64,000 nucleotides of DNA. Origin: a virus. Its lineage: Duplodnaviria; Caudoviricetes. The DNA is taken from IMG/VR virus record IMGVR_UViG_2852079565_000004, positions 32,001-96,000 of that record. One strand, 5' to 3'. The notes beneath the pieces are model-generated. The model saw only the letters and a program-made list of their open reading frames with translations, made no database searches and was not told where the DNA came from. The first letter of the stretch is position 1, and each line of letters opens with the position of its first letter. Made by a program: the position numbers and the translations under genes. Of the stretch, positions 48,010 to 58,087 are shown one piece after another.

Positions 48010-48875
48010 GTCTCCTCGCCACTTTCTTCCCCACTAAAATCGATTACAGGCGTCCAAAAACATTTGCAGTTAGGTAATTGACCCGGCAATCCACGTTCAC
48101 CCGTTTTGGGCTCAATAATCGGTGGGTTGTCTAAATCAAACACTTCACCATCCAGCTGTAGATGCCATTCTCTAGGTTCAGCGCTTCCACCAGAGTGATG
48201 CCAAATAGCCTTACGAATTCCCGCTGATTTCATGCGCTCATAGTTTGCCGCAGTCGTGATTTTTCGCGTTTGGTCAACGGCGATAAAATTCGCTCGGCTT
48301 TCTGTGACGCTGCCAGTGTGCCTGATTTCATCTAATAAGGTTTTCGCACCCTCACCCCCTTGTGAGATAGAGCGCAGAGCGACACTTTCGATACGTTGAT
48401 GAAATTGAGTAGGGATGGATTTAATCAGGGAAACATTTTCAGCCGTGGCGGCAATCATTCGGTCTTTTAACGCGTCCGGCATGACAGCGGTTTTGATGGT
48501 AATACCGCCAGAGAGCTGTTTAAGAGAATCATCTAAATTACGCTGCGCGCCGATATCGACTTGGGAAACAAACTTATCGGCCATGGCGCTAGACTGCGTA
48601 CTAAAGATTTTATCCCACTTGCGTTTTAACCGGTTGAGCCAAATTCGCGTTTGACTCGCAATGCTGGCATCCATCGTGGAGCCGTAAAAATCATCATTCA
48701 ATTCACTAAATACGTTTTCATAGTCTTTAATCATCGAACTGATTAACCGTGACATGTCACGTTGATAACGGCTAGATGGCGCTGCTGAATACTGCAGGGG
48801 TTTGCCCTTCAATACCGCTTGGCGGGAGGTTGCCCATTTCGCCTTTTTCGTTCGGACTCGTATTCGTCCCGACAT
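48006..48875 (-). CDS. Head morphogenesis protein (SPP1 gp7-like)
   Basis: ENVSLIKSI, IA.DQT.K, PGQLPNCKC. Confidence 0.88.
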   Translation of the reverse strand: MSGRIRVRTKKAKWATSRQAVLKGKPLQYSAAPSSRYQRDMSRLISSMIKDYENVFSELNDDFYGSTMDASIASQTRIWLNRLKRKWDKIFSTQSSAMADKFVSQVDIGAQRNLDDSLKQLSGGITIKTAVMPDALKDRMIAATAENVSLIKSIPTQFHQRIESVALRSISQGGEGAKTLLDEIRHTGSVTESRANFIAVDQTRKITTAANYERMKSAGIRKAIWHHSGGSAEPREWHLQLDGEVFDLDNPPIIEPKTGERGLPGQLPNCKCFWTPVIDFSGEESGEET

Positions 48876-50274
48876 AGTCACTCTCGTTTACATCAATGCC
48901 GTAATAGCTCGACTCTTTATCTGCAGCCAATTTTTTACGGATATCCAACCCATCAATTGCCCCCGTAGCCGCTAGAGCCGCATCCGTCTGAGCAGATTTC
49001 AACTCAATATCAGCACTCTCTGCGGCCGTTGGGCTATCAAGTGGCGCCCACGTAACCGATATTTCAGTCAGCGGTAGTTCTTCGCTGCGCATCAACATGT
49101 CGTAATGGCGCTGCAAAAGTTCTTCTAAGTCGTTTGATTGGACGCTTTCCAGTTCTTCACGGTAGTTCGACTCTTCATATTCACCGGTGGCATTAAATCC
49201 CTTTGGTGTGGTACCGAGTAACTTAGTCGCGGGTACGTTTGCCGCCGCTGCGACTAGCTGGTATTGCGTCATAATGGTGGCATCTAAATCCGCTAACGAG
49301 GTATCAAACTGTTGTGCAACATCCTCTTTCCCCATCACCTGCACACCGTAGTTATCGCGCATCTCCATAAAATAAAGCATGTTTTCCTGAATGGTGTTCT
49401 TATCTGCACCTTCAGGGTCTGCCATACCGATAGTCAATAACCGTTTGGTCATTGCCAGCTGCGGCGCTTCATTGGCTGTTCGTTCCGATGCATAGACACG
49501 CTCATAGATGCGCTCTGGTACCGAGACACCAAAGTAGTTATACAGCGGCTTAAGTACATTAGGCACGGGGAATGGCACAAATTTAATAAAGTGCGATTTA
49601 TGGTATTTGCGACCCGCAATCACATAATAGGTTGGGTCGTAGAAATCCATGCTGGCTGGGTCTTGGATATTGGAATCGGTTAAATCAGGCGTTACCCATT
49701 GTGGGTCAATTTGCTTGATCCCCTTGTACATTCCTTTGGACACACCATCGAGATTAAACGGATTTTCATACCACTCTTTCGGGTTTGAGGTTTCCACCAC
49801 AAACAACGCTAATCGACCACCATACACTCGCCCAAAGTGAATAAGTTCTTTCAAATGATGCTGTATGCGGTACTTTTTATCGCGCTTGCGTAGCTTCTTG
49901 CTGATAGCACTGTCATCGTCATTATCGCAATCAATATCATACCCTTGGCGAATAGCATCACGAGCAGGCATATTACAGGCCTTATCCACCAGCCAATGTT
50001 TCGCAATGATGGCGCACATGTTGTTACCAATAAACATTTGTGAGGCATACCAAGCCGCTTGCGATTCAGGCACACCATAAACTTGTTCGCCTTTGAATGA
50101 AGGAACGGAAGTATCAATACTGTCCATCCCCACACCGTTAATCATCGGCTGCGGTAGAACTAACCCGTTAAATCCCTTCTCTTTTGCTAATGCAGGATAC
50201 AAATCTGTGGTAAACGCTGACCGCTTCGGCGGTGCAATCTGTTCTGCAATTTTTCGCCTTTTAAACGGCCACAT
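48772..50274 (-). CDS. Portal protein (DUF1073-like)
   Basis: GRVYGG, P.TKLLG..P.GFNATGE; follows terL. Confidence 0.88.
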   Translation of the reverse strand: MWPFKRRKIAEQIAPPKRSAFTTDLYPALAKEKGFNGLVLPQPMINGVGMDSIDTSVPSFKGEQVYGVPESQAAWYASQMFIGNNMCAIIAKHWLVDKACNMPARDAIRQGYDIDCDNDDDSAISKKLRKRDKKYRIQHHLKELIHFGRVYGGRLALFVVETSNPKEWYENPFNLDGVSKGMYKGIKQIDPQWVTPDLTDSNIQDPASMDFYDPTYYVIAGRKYHKSHFIKFVPFPVPNVLKPLYNYFGVSVPERIYERVYASERTANEAPQLAMTKRLLTIGMADPEGADKNTIQENMLYFMEMRDNYGVQVMGKEDVAQQFDTSLADLDATIMTQYQLVAAAANVPATKLLGTTPKGFNATGEYEESNYREELESVQSNDLEELLQRHYDMLMRSEELPLTEISVTWAPLDSPTAAESADIELKSAQTDAALAATGAIDGLDIRKKLAADKESSYYGIDVNESDYVGTNTSPNEKGEMGNLPPSGIEGQTPAVFSSAI

Positions 50275-50278
50275 AGAA

Positions 50279-51676
50279 TTACCTCTTGGTTGTAAAGAAA
50301 CCGCCTTTTTTCTTCTGGTATAAATCACGTAATGCCTGCGTCATTGCATCCACCGTATCGTCATGGCCAGCAAATGGGAACGTGGTAATTTCCTCCACGG
50401 TTTCCACTATCCACGGCGCAATGTCTTTGTGTGGTAGCCACACATTGCCCGCCTCCCATTCCGCGGTGCAGGCATGAGCACGTGCGATTTTGCTACCATC
50501 GGGCTCAACAGGAATTAAGCCTGATACCGATGATTTAAGAGAGTCGATAACTGCTGGGCCATTGGCTTTGTCTTCCACCAGCTTACGGCGCCCTTCTGGG
50601 AATTTTTCCGCAAGTAGCTTCACGGCATCCTTCGTTTGAGTAAAACTCATGCGTTTTCTAATTTGATAGAGCAAATAGGCATTGGCGTCTTTCTTACCCC
50701 AAACCTGCCCCACTACATAGTCGGTACCGTCGCTGTCTTTAAAGGTCATATCCCAACTATGAATAACCTTATCGAATTTATCTGGTAGGTCTTTAGGTAA
50801 ATAATAGCGGACAAACTCTTCATGGAAGATTTGACCGTCGCCCGGCTTCGGTGATTGTTGATACATGGCAGACCAAAAATAATCACCCAGTATTGCTTTG
50901 GTTTCCAACAGCTTATCAATGGGATGAAGTTCAGGTACCAACGCTTCTCCTTGCTCATTAATAGCAGGGAATGCGAGTACCTTGGTTTCAGGGGCTTTTT
51001 CTTTTAATTGGCCTGATAAATCATCGGTCGCCCACCGCGTGGCCATGATGATTTCACCGCTGTTTTGTGATAAGCGGGTCTTAAAGGTCGAGACGTACCA
51101 GTTCCAAATCGATTTTTTAACCGTCGGGCTAAGTGCTTCTTTCGAGTTCTTTATTGGGTCATCAATAATACCGAGGTCAACTTTCTTACCCGTTAATGGA
51201 CCACCGACACCCGCGCATACATAACTGCCTTTGTGGTTGGCAATGCCAAACTCGTCAGAGTTACGTTTAACAACAATGCCATTTTCAGGCTTATTACCCA
51301 ACCAGCTGTTAGGAAATAACGCACGATATTCAGCCGACATCATGATCCGCTGAACATCGGTATTCATATCACCGGCTAAATCAGACGAATACGACAGCGC
51401 CCCAACTCGCATGTTAGGGTATTTTCCAAAGAAATAAGCGGGAAGATAGCGGGAAACAATATCAGACTTACCGTGTTGTGGCGGTGCGCCTAATATTAAC
51501 TTAGGACGCTTACCTTCCATCATATCAACCAAGAACTGGTCGAGCGCATCACATACCGTTTGAGAGAAATGGCTTGTGATGTATTCAGAGTTTATATACT
51601 GAATGAATTCATGCAAACTACGGCGTGCTATCTCCCTTTCGATCTCTTCATCAAACAAACTGAAATCGATATTCAT
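50279..51676 (-). CDS. terL: Terminase large subunit
   Basis: PPQHGKS, IIDDP.K, TRW, SWD, HDD.VDA. Confidence 0.95.
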   Translation of the reverse strand: MNIDFSLFDEEIEREIARRSLHEFIQYINSEYITSHFSQTVCDALDQFLVDMMEGKRPKLILGAPPQHGKSDIVSRYLPAYFFGKYPNMRVGALSYSSDLAGDMNTDVQRIMMSAEYRALFPNSWLGNKPENGIVVKRNSDEFGIANHKGSYVCAGVGGPLTGKKVDLGIIDDPIKNSKEALSPTVKKSIWNWYVSTFKTRLSQNSGEIIMATRWATDDLSGQLKEKAPETKVLAFPAINEQGEALVPELHPIDKLLETKAILGDYFWSAMYQQSPKPGDGQIFHEEFVRYYLPKDLPDKFDKVIHSWDMTFKDSDGTDYVVGQVWGKKDANAYLLYQIRKRMSFTQTKDAVKLLAEKFPEGRRKLVEDKANGPAVIDSLKSSVSGLIPVEPDGSKIARAHACTAEWEAGNVWLPHKDIAPWIVETVEEITTFPFAGHDDTVDAMTQALRDLYQKKKGGFFTTKR

Positions 51677-51914
51677 GGTTGTACCTAATTTATAAGGGCA
51701 AAACACTCATTTAAATTGGATAAAAAATATAATAATTTAATCTAATCAACAGTTATATAAAAAACACCTTACATGTTTATAAAAAAGGCAATAATATCAA
51801 TGCACTTTTAATCACAGCATCAATTATTGTTAGTTCCATAGTATCTATGAATCTAATATACTCTTATCAATAAGTATCTTCTCAACCATCCTAATCAAAT
51901 AAGGATAATTCGTT

Positions 51915-52550
51915 ATGGATGTTATACCTGCTATTTTATCTGCATTATCTTCTTTATTATGGCCATTGATTGTATGTTTTTTAATCTATTATTTTAGAAA
52001 GCATCTATTAAAGCTCATAGACACTTTCTTTGATGGCAAGTTAAATATAAAAGTCTCAGGATTTGAACTAAATTTGAAAGAAAATTCAATACAACAAGGC
52101 CACATTATTCTAGACCTACAATCTAAACTTGTTGAAATGGAAAAGAAAATAAACACATTACACCCTAATTCAGAAACAAATGTGCAATCTAATATTTCAA
52201 TGAGAAAAAGGGTCTTATGGGTTGATGATAGTCCTTCAAATAATAGCTATTTGATTGAAACACTAAAAATGAATCATGTAGATGTAGATACTTCACTTTC
52301 AACAACTGATGCCATTGAAAGAATCAAACAAAATAATTTTGATGTTATAATATCCGATATGGGAAGACCCAAAGACGATCGGGCAGGAATAACTCTTACA
52401 AAAGAAATAAGAAATCTTAATATTCAAACTCCGGTTTTCATTTTCTGCGGTAATTGGGCCTCTACTAATTTACGCGAAGAGGCTAAAAAAGCAGGTGTTA
52501 CTGATATAACTTCATCAGGAACCGAGCTTTTAGCAATGTTACCAATTTAA
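51915..52550 (+). CDS. Moron: TM helix + coiled coil + receiver (REC) domain
   Basis: LLWPLIV TM segment; VLWVDD and IISDMGR motifs. Confidence 0.85.
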   Translation: MDVIPAILSALSSLLWPLIVCFLIYYFRKHLLKLIDTFFDGKLNIKVSGFELNLKENSIQQGHIILDLQSKLVEMEKKINTLHPNSETNVQSNISMRKRVLWVDDSPSNNSYLIETLKMNHVDVDTSLSTTDAIERIKQNNFDVIISDMGRPKDDRAGITLTKEIRNLNIQTPVFIFCGNWASTNLREEAKKAGVTDITSSGTELLAMLPI

Positions 52551-53575
52551 TTTTTCTCTTTACTCTTTTTACTCCTCAATTTCATTAGTTGTTCAAAACT
52601 TAGGTGGCTTAGATCAATCCCAGTTGATTGAATAGGCCCACCATCAGCACCAGTTATTTCAGTCTTGTTCTTAACCATCCCTAAATGCTGTGCAACCATT
52701 TTAAGCGCATCGTCTTGATTACGAGTAATCACCTCAACACCAAACTTACCCTCTTTCACACCAGCGAATAAACGACGAGCAGCGCCAGTTAAGTCACGCG
52801 TATCATGAAAATGCGCACGACCAATACCAAAACCACTACAGCGAGGGCAATCAGGATTAGGATCAAGCGAATTGTCATAACCGTAACCACCATTATCATT
52901 TGGTATCTTTTTCTTTTTAGCCCTAGCCTCAGTAACAGCGTCTTCAAATTCTATCGCATCACGCCACTGATAATTGAAACCAAAACCCCAACAATGACGA
53001 CAGCATAGCCGGCGATATTCAGTTAGCTCGTTAACGTCTGCAGTTGCAATATCCCACCACATTTTTAATACGGCATCTTGGGTTATCTCGGTTCGACGTT
53101 CTCGTTCAGCTAGCGCATCCGCGATTGCTCTTGAAACCTTAAAATTTCTATAAAGGATTGATGCTGCGATATACGCATTATTCCCCTCACATTTATAGCC
53201 GGCTCTTTTGTATGCTGCAGTTCGGTTTAAGTCAATTAAGTACTCAGTTACGAAACGTGCTTGCATATCGTTAAGCCCGTAGTTGCGCACATCAAAGGTA
53301 TTTTCATCATTATGCGCATTATCTTGTTCACTACCCTGCGCAGTTGATATATCACTATCGTGTATTGCCTCTTTTGCGCATTCTTTTTCGTGCGCAGTGC
53401 GCAATTTTTTGTGCGCAGTTTTTTGCGCAGATTGCGCAGCTGGCTTTTTTATATATCGCCTTGCTGTTGCGTAATTAAGTCCCTGGTCTTCACACCACTC
53501 TTTAGGGGATATTCCTGATTTAGCATGGTCAGACAGGAACTGTTTTTGTAGCTCGCTCCAATCCGGCTTAGCCAT
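52547..53575 (-). CDS. terS: Terminase small subunit
   Basis: MAKPDW, RFV.EYL.DLN.T.AY.RAGY, CCRHCWG, EITGADGGPI. Confidence 0.9.
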   Translation of the reverse strand: MAKPDWSELQKQFLSDHAKSGISPKEWCEDQGLNYATARRYIKKPAAQSAQKTAHKKLRTAHEKECAKEAIHDSDISTAQGSEQDNAHNDENTFDVRNYGLNDMQARFVTEYLIDLNRTAAYKRAGYKCEGNNAYIAASILYRNFKVSRAIADALAERERRTEITQDAVLKMWWDIATADVNELTEYRRLCCRHCWGFGFNYQWRDAIEFEDAVTEARAKKKKIPNDNGGYGYDNSLDPNPDCPRCSGFGIGRAHFHDTRDLTGAARRLFAGVKEGKFGVEVITRNQDDALKMVAQHLGMVKNKTEITGADGGPIQSTGIDLSHLSFEQLMKLRSKKSKEKN

Positions 53576-53656
53576 AATATTTTCCTCATAACAAATTAAA
53601 AAACTCACCGTAGTGAGCTTTGTGATTTGCAATAAAATCCCGTTCTAAGCGAGGTG

Positions 53657-53929
53657 TTATCTAAACAAAAAATATAGGACCGGTATCAATAGTACAACAG
53701 AGCATACCCTGTACCAGATTATCTTTGTTACTATTTTTTTCTTTATCTTCCTTGCCTGCACATCATCGCTAGACTCTTTAATTTCGTTTTTGTGAGATTC
53801 TAATACTTCCCCTTTTACTTGCTCACTTTTTTCTAGCATCTTATGACTTCCTATTGCCATCTTTATAACTACAAACAATATAATTATTGGTATCGCAAGA
53901 AGAGCCATAACATCGAACCATGAAATCAT
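53657..53929 (-). CDS. Small two-TM moron protein
   Basis: Hydrophobic ends, low GC. Confidence 0.6.
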   Translation of the reverse strand: MISWFDVMALLAIPIIILFVVIKMAIGSHKMLEKSEQVKGEVLESHKNEIKESSDDVQARKIKKKIVTKIIWYRVCSVVLLIPVLYFLFR

Positions 53930-54172
53930 TAGTTACCCCCTTTTTGAGAGATACTAACACTAGCTAAATATAATGAATAACGCATATTTGACTTATGTAT
54001 AAGAAAGGAGATATTCATCAAAGCTCTAATCTGACCATCTGCTTGAGATTACTACCTTTTTCAGATTGTGGTCATTCACGATTAACGTATAGTGACGTCA
54101 CATTCATAAACTATTATTCTCTACTTCGCCCCGATATCTGGGGCATTTTTATTTTTCCCTCACAAAATAACG

Positions 54173-54220
54173 TTATGTGTGGAACTGTTGCTGTAGCGTC
54201 CCCCAATCCGGTTTAGCCAT
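54173..54220 (-). pseudogene. 5' remnant of a second terS allele
   Basis: AAGGAG RBS + MAKPDWGTLQQQFHT* versus MAKPDWSELQKQF of terS. Confidence 0.75.
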
Positions 54221-54333
54221 CGTGTTTATCTCCTTAGCCGATTAGAAAGTCTACTTGTAGGAATAAACTTTCTGATTAGCTATTTCCCTCAAATAAAAAA
54301 ACCCGCTCTAGGCGGGTTATTGCGAATTCTTTT

Positions 54334-54743
54334 TTATTTTGTTTCTGGAGTAGCATCTCTCATTGATTTAGGAATTTCTTTTTCACCATATTCTTCAGCT
54401 ATGGAAATTATTTCCTTATATGGACGAGCATACGGACCAACTACAACTATAATGTTTTTCCTTTCTGCCTCTTCAGGCGTTAACTTCATAGCTTCGACCG
54501 TCATTATCAAAGCTACTTTCAAAGCCGCACCTGTCCATGGTAAATATTTAATTTCGTCCCCTTCACTACCTGCCATAGCAGCCTCCCTAAACACTACCCA
54601 CTTACTAAATTCTACCCTACAAAAAAGACTGATGCCTTGCCTAACCAGTTTGGTATGGCTATTGATGTTAATAACAAGAGAAAACCAACTACTAAGTATT
54701 GGAAAACATAAAGCATACGGATAAATAGTTCTTTTAATATCAT
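54334..54743 (-). pseudogene. Membrane protein gene apparently split at a T6 run
   Basis: 43-aa TM ORF from 54743 fuses with 54334..54594 if one T is added at 54621-54626. Confidence 0.45.
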
Positions 54744-54977
54744 AGAGTGTACCCTTTATTGCTAATGTGATTAATTACCAAAAAAAGTATTAACACCTAA
54801 AATATAGCAGCTCATTTTCATTTGTCAGGTATATCTAACCATACCAACCCCATACAGATATCATGCATTAATACTAATATTACAGCTCTATACTGATAAA
54901 AATGGTAATCAAATTGTTCTGCTATAATTAAAAGTGATCTTTTGTAACTTATAACTTCACACTAAAAGGAAGAAAAT

Positions 54978-55109
54978 ATGTTGAAAAAAATCAGTTTCCT
55001 CATCTGCTCATTAGCGGTTGCTTTCACATTAACTGCCTGCAACACCACTAAAGGTGTTGGTGAAGACATAGAGGCTGGAGGAGAGGCAATACAAAGAGCA
55101 GCCCAGTAA
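54978..55109 (+). CDS. ecnB: Entericidin B-family lipoprotein
   Basis: MLKKISFLICSLAVAFTLTACNTTKGVGEDIEAGGEAIQRAAQ; lipobox LTAC, CNT..G.G.DI; AAGGA RBS. Confidence 0.88.
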   Translation: MLKKISFLICSLAVAFTLTACNTTKGVGEDIEAGGEAIQRAAQ

Positions 55110-55380
55110 AAAGCCTACTCTCTTACCTAACAAACTAGAGGATAAGTTTATTTTGTCCTTCTAGTGTTTTCTTAAGCTTTTAACGAGGCTCATATTCGTA
55201 TTTTCTTTTCCGTATTTGCTTACACTTAGTTCATATGAAAACTTTTTAAACCATCTATGCTGATAGTGTGTTCAAACTATTGCTTTATTTTATTTTGCCC
55301 CTGAACAGGGGCTTTTCTTTGTTGTTACTTTGTATTTTTCCCTTATAAAAAACTAGTATGAGGCTGGCTATTATTTATTA

Positions 55381-55584
55381 TTATTTTCTATCATTTACTA
55401 TATCTACTCTCATTTTTAATATTGATGATAGCGTCTTCATTGAATAAAGTTGCGACTCAAATAATCCTTTTTCACTGTCTGGTAGTTTATTAAACGCTCT
55501 ACTACGTATAAATTTGACTAAATATCTAATTCTTACATCTAAGAGTGCTGAATCATTTAGTAATTGTTGACTTCTGTTTTTCAT
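55381..55584 (-). CDS. crAss001_48-like helical hairpin protein
   Basis: L..RI..L..FI....F..L...E..L...QL..M.....IL..R pattern. Confidence 0.6.
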   Translation of the reverse strand: MKNRSQQLLNDSALLDVRIRYLVKFIRSRAFNKLPDSEKGLFESQLYSMKTLSSILKMRVDIVNDRK

Positions 55585-55962
55585 ACTACTTTCGTATAAC
55601 CAATTACACTAATTATGAGTACTTAAAGAGTAGATATGAATTCAGATATTTCAAATTATCAATTACTGGTCATACCAAACCAAGGGCTGCTGAGAGGCCT
55701 ATTCAATATCTGGCTACTAAAAAGCCCCCAATAGAGGTTCATTGTTCACTTAATCGACTATAAATTTAAATTCTTAGAAATAATTTTGCATACTTTGAAA
55801 TACCGACTATGTTTAAAGAGATATTCAATTGTATAAAGCAACATCTTTTAGCCTACTGCTGTGTAGGCTTTTTTTATTTCATCACCTGTCGTTTTTGTTC
55901 AATTTTCCGTATTGTTTTCTTGGCTATCTCTAAATAGGCACCTTTAATCAATTCAGAGTAGG

Positions 55963-56412
55963 TCACGGTAAACACTCCGTTCTAATATAATCTTGCAGCC
56001 CTTTAATCATTTGCTCTGACTCTGCAATTCGCTCTCTGAGTAGCCAATAATTTTGGATAGCGGTGTCAGTAGGTCGGGCGGTGATTGCATCATCCAAGCT
56101 GGGGGCGGTAGTGCCTTCGGCTTTTTTGCAACTAGCTTTGATGTACACCCGGTCAGGATTACGCTCAGCAGCAATACGCAACTTATCAATTTCAATTTTT
56201 GCATTGGCTAATTCCTGAGTATGTTTAGTATCGAGTTTATGAAGGGATTGAACACGTTCTTGATAGTCTTCATTGATTTTGACTTGCTCTATCAGCTCAA
56301 CAAGTAGTTCGGTATTCTTGGTATTTAGCTCACCTATCCTTTCGTGTTGTTTCCACATTCCCCATATGGCCACCCACGCAGCGATAAATAACAATGCTCT
56401 GACTTTATTCAT
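55963..56412 (-). CDS. Rz inner-membrane spanin
   Basis: N-terminal TM, LD.KHTQELANAK, NYWLLRERI...LQDYIRTEC. Confidence 0.9.
   Translation of the reverse strand: MNKVRALLFIAAWVAIWGMWKQHERIGELNTKNTELLVELIEQVKINEDYQERVQSLHKLDTKHTQELANAKIEIDKLRIAAERNPDRVYIKASCKKAEGTTAPSLDDAITARPTDTAIQNYWLLRERIAESEQMIKGLQDYIRTECLP
56007..56204 (-). CDS. Rz1 outer-membrane lipoprotein spanin (embedded in Rz)
   Basis: Lipobox LTGC, PPPAWMM motif. Confidence 0.85.
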   Translation of the reverse strand: MQKLKLISCVLLLSVILTGCTSKLVAKKPKALPPPAWMMQSPPDLLTPLSKIIGYSESELQSQSK

Positions 56413-56432
56413 GGCGATTACCATATAGATGA

Positions 56433-56606
56433 TTAAAAATTAACTTGCCGCCCTTTATAGTGATCGATGGCTTTCTGGCAGCGTTTTTCTAAACTGACTT
56501 TATCAATGCCGCATGTGTTATCTGTCATACAATAAGCACCAAATACAATTATTGATATCGCAAGCAGCATAAAGAAAATTACAGCTACTATAGGTTTCCA
56601 AGGCAT
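56433..56606 (-). CDS. Small single-TM protein
   Basis: GAGG RBS; MPWKPIVAVIFF TM segment. Confidence 0.55.
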   Translation of the reverse strand: MPWKPIVAVIFFMLLAISIIVFGAYCMTDNTCGIDKVSLEKRCQKAIDHYKGRQVNF

Positions 56607-56692
56607 GAACTTTCCTCTAATTTTATTATCAGTTATCATCTTTAGGCTTTTTAGAAAAATACCTAAAACAATAAAAGGTTCCTGACATCCAA

Positions 56693-57244
56693 ATGAAAAT
56701 TTCCAACAAAATTAAATGGTCTAGTCTATCTATCATTTTTTTAACCTTAGGATGGGTTTTATTAAATGGAGATAAAGCCTTGGAAAATATCAATACTTTC
56801 TGTCACTGGCATGGTTCATCTCCTGAGCTAACAGGGAAATGGACCAACTCAACAGAAGGTTGGTTAGATGCTAGTAACTGGCATGGAAATAATTATGAGT
56901 TCATGGAAATTGAACTGGAGGTTGAAAATTATGAAGTCGAAGGGATTGTGACATCCAATAAAATAAAAGAACTTCTCCCATTTGACTTCGTTTTATTCAA
57001 AGGTAAAAAAAATTATTTCAGTAATACAATTGAAGGCGTTGCATTTGATTTCATTAATGGGAATGAAGTTCACCTTGGCGTAATGAGCCTAACCATAGAT
57101 AAAAATGGAGAGCTTGTGATTTTACAAAATGAAAAGTATGCAAGTCTTTTCCCAGAAAAGGTTGTATTACGAAAAGTATCAAATACTGCCTTTGATTCTC
57201 TGAATGAAAAACTAGAACATAAAAATGAAAGCGATAAAAAATAA
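56693..57244 (+). CDS. Membrane-anchored moron protein within the lysis cassette
   Basis: N-terminal TM, LTGKW beta-barrel-like start, opposite strand, low GC. Confidence 0.7.
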   Translation: MKISNKIKWSSLSIIFLTLGWVLLNGDKALENINTFCHWHGSSPELTGKWTNSTEGWLDASNWHGNNYEFMEIELEVENYEVEGIVTSNKIKELLPFDFVLFKGKKNYFSNTIEGVAFDFINGNEVHLGVMSLTIDKNGELVILQNEKYASLFPEKVVLRKVSNTAFDSLNEKLEHKNESDKK

Positions 57245-57288
57245 CCACCACCCATCAATATGATTGATCCACATAGCTATACCGATAG

Positions 57289-57780
57289 TTAATGTAATTG
57301 CAGCCATTGCTCACTCCACAAGCATACTGCATTTTCTATCTCTCTACGCGTTATCAAACCTTTCCACGGCTTGCCCCCAGCATATATCCAGCGTTTAAGT
57401 TCATTACATGCGCCAACTTGGTCACCAGCGTTTAATTTTTTAAGTAGTGTAGAGCGCGAAAAAGCCCCTGTTCCAACGTTATAGGTAAATGAATAAAGTG
57501 CAGCCCTGGTGTAATCAGGGATATTAACTTTAATTAAGGGGTTTACTACCTTAGCTACAATTGCCAAGTCTTTTTCTAACAGTGCATCACACTCTGCTTT
57601 TGTGTAGTTTTTTGTGGGGATAATGTCAGAACCTGTGTGTCCATAACATACAGTTAGCACTCCTACTACATCACGGTAAGGCTTGGATTCATATCCTTCA
57701 AAATTAGTGACCATCGCAACAGTTAAAGCCATCAAGCCACCAGCAGCAGCCATTTGAATTTTATTTGGTATTTTTGCCAC
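57289..57780 (-). CDS. SAR endolysin (lysozyme)
   Basis: Ala/Gly-rich SAR segment; FEG...PY.D..GV.TVCYGHT; SFTYNVG. Confidence 0.95.
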   Translation of the reverse strand: MAKIPNKIQMAAAGGLMALTVAMVTNFEGYESKPYRDVVGVLTVCYGHTGSDIIPTKNYTKAECDALLEKDLAIVAKVVNPLIKVNIPDYTRAALYSFTYNVGTGAFSRSTLLKKLNAGDQVGACNELKRWIYAGGKPWKGLITRREIENAVCLWSEQWLQLH

Positions 57781-57961
57781 TGTTAGTCTCTCTTAATTTG
57801 AATTCTTTCCGCTTGTAGTACCAATTCACCAAGAATGTAGCGACCGTACATAAAATACCGACGATTACTGCCCATTGATCTAGTGTGAAAATACCAAATA
57901 TGGATGTTAGAACACCCCATATGATTGCAGCAGGGCTTGAGTATTTTTCGTGCATACGCAT
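57761..57961 (-). CDS. Class II (pin)holin with M-R-M dual start
   Basis: Two TMs, [12 protein letters not shown]. Confidence 0.88.
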   Translation of the reverse strand: MRMHEKYSSPAAIIWGVLTSIFGIFTLDQWAVIVGILCTVATFLVNWYYKRKEFKLRETNSGKNTK

Positions 57962-58087
57962 ATCCACCCCCGATGGAGTGTTCCTGTAAGGTCAATATTT
58001 AAATGCTTATGAAGTCAATTTATGGAAGAAAAAAGCCGCTATATCTAATAGCGGCCAATAATACGATAAAAATCCATATTAAAGTTA

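Noticed and set aside
48772-50274. Anti-CBASS Acb1 label sometimes attached to this family
   Set aside because: Size, motifs and position between terL and the gp7-like gene indicate the portal; no paired HxT phosphoesterase motifs recognised
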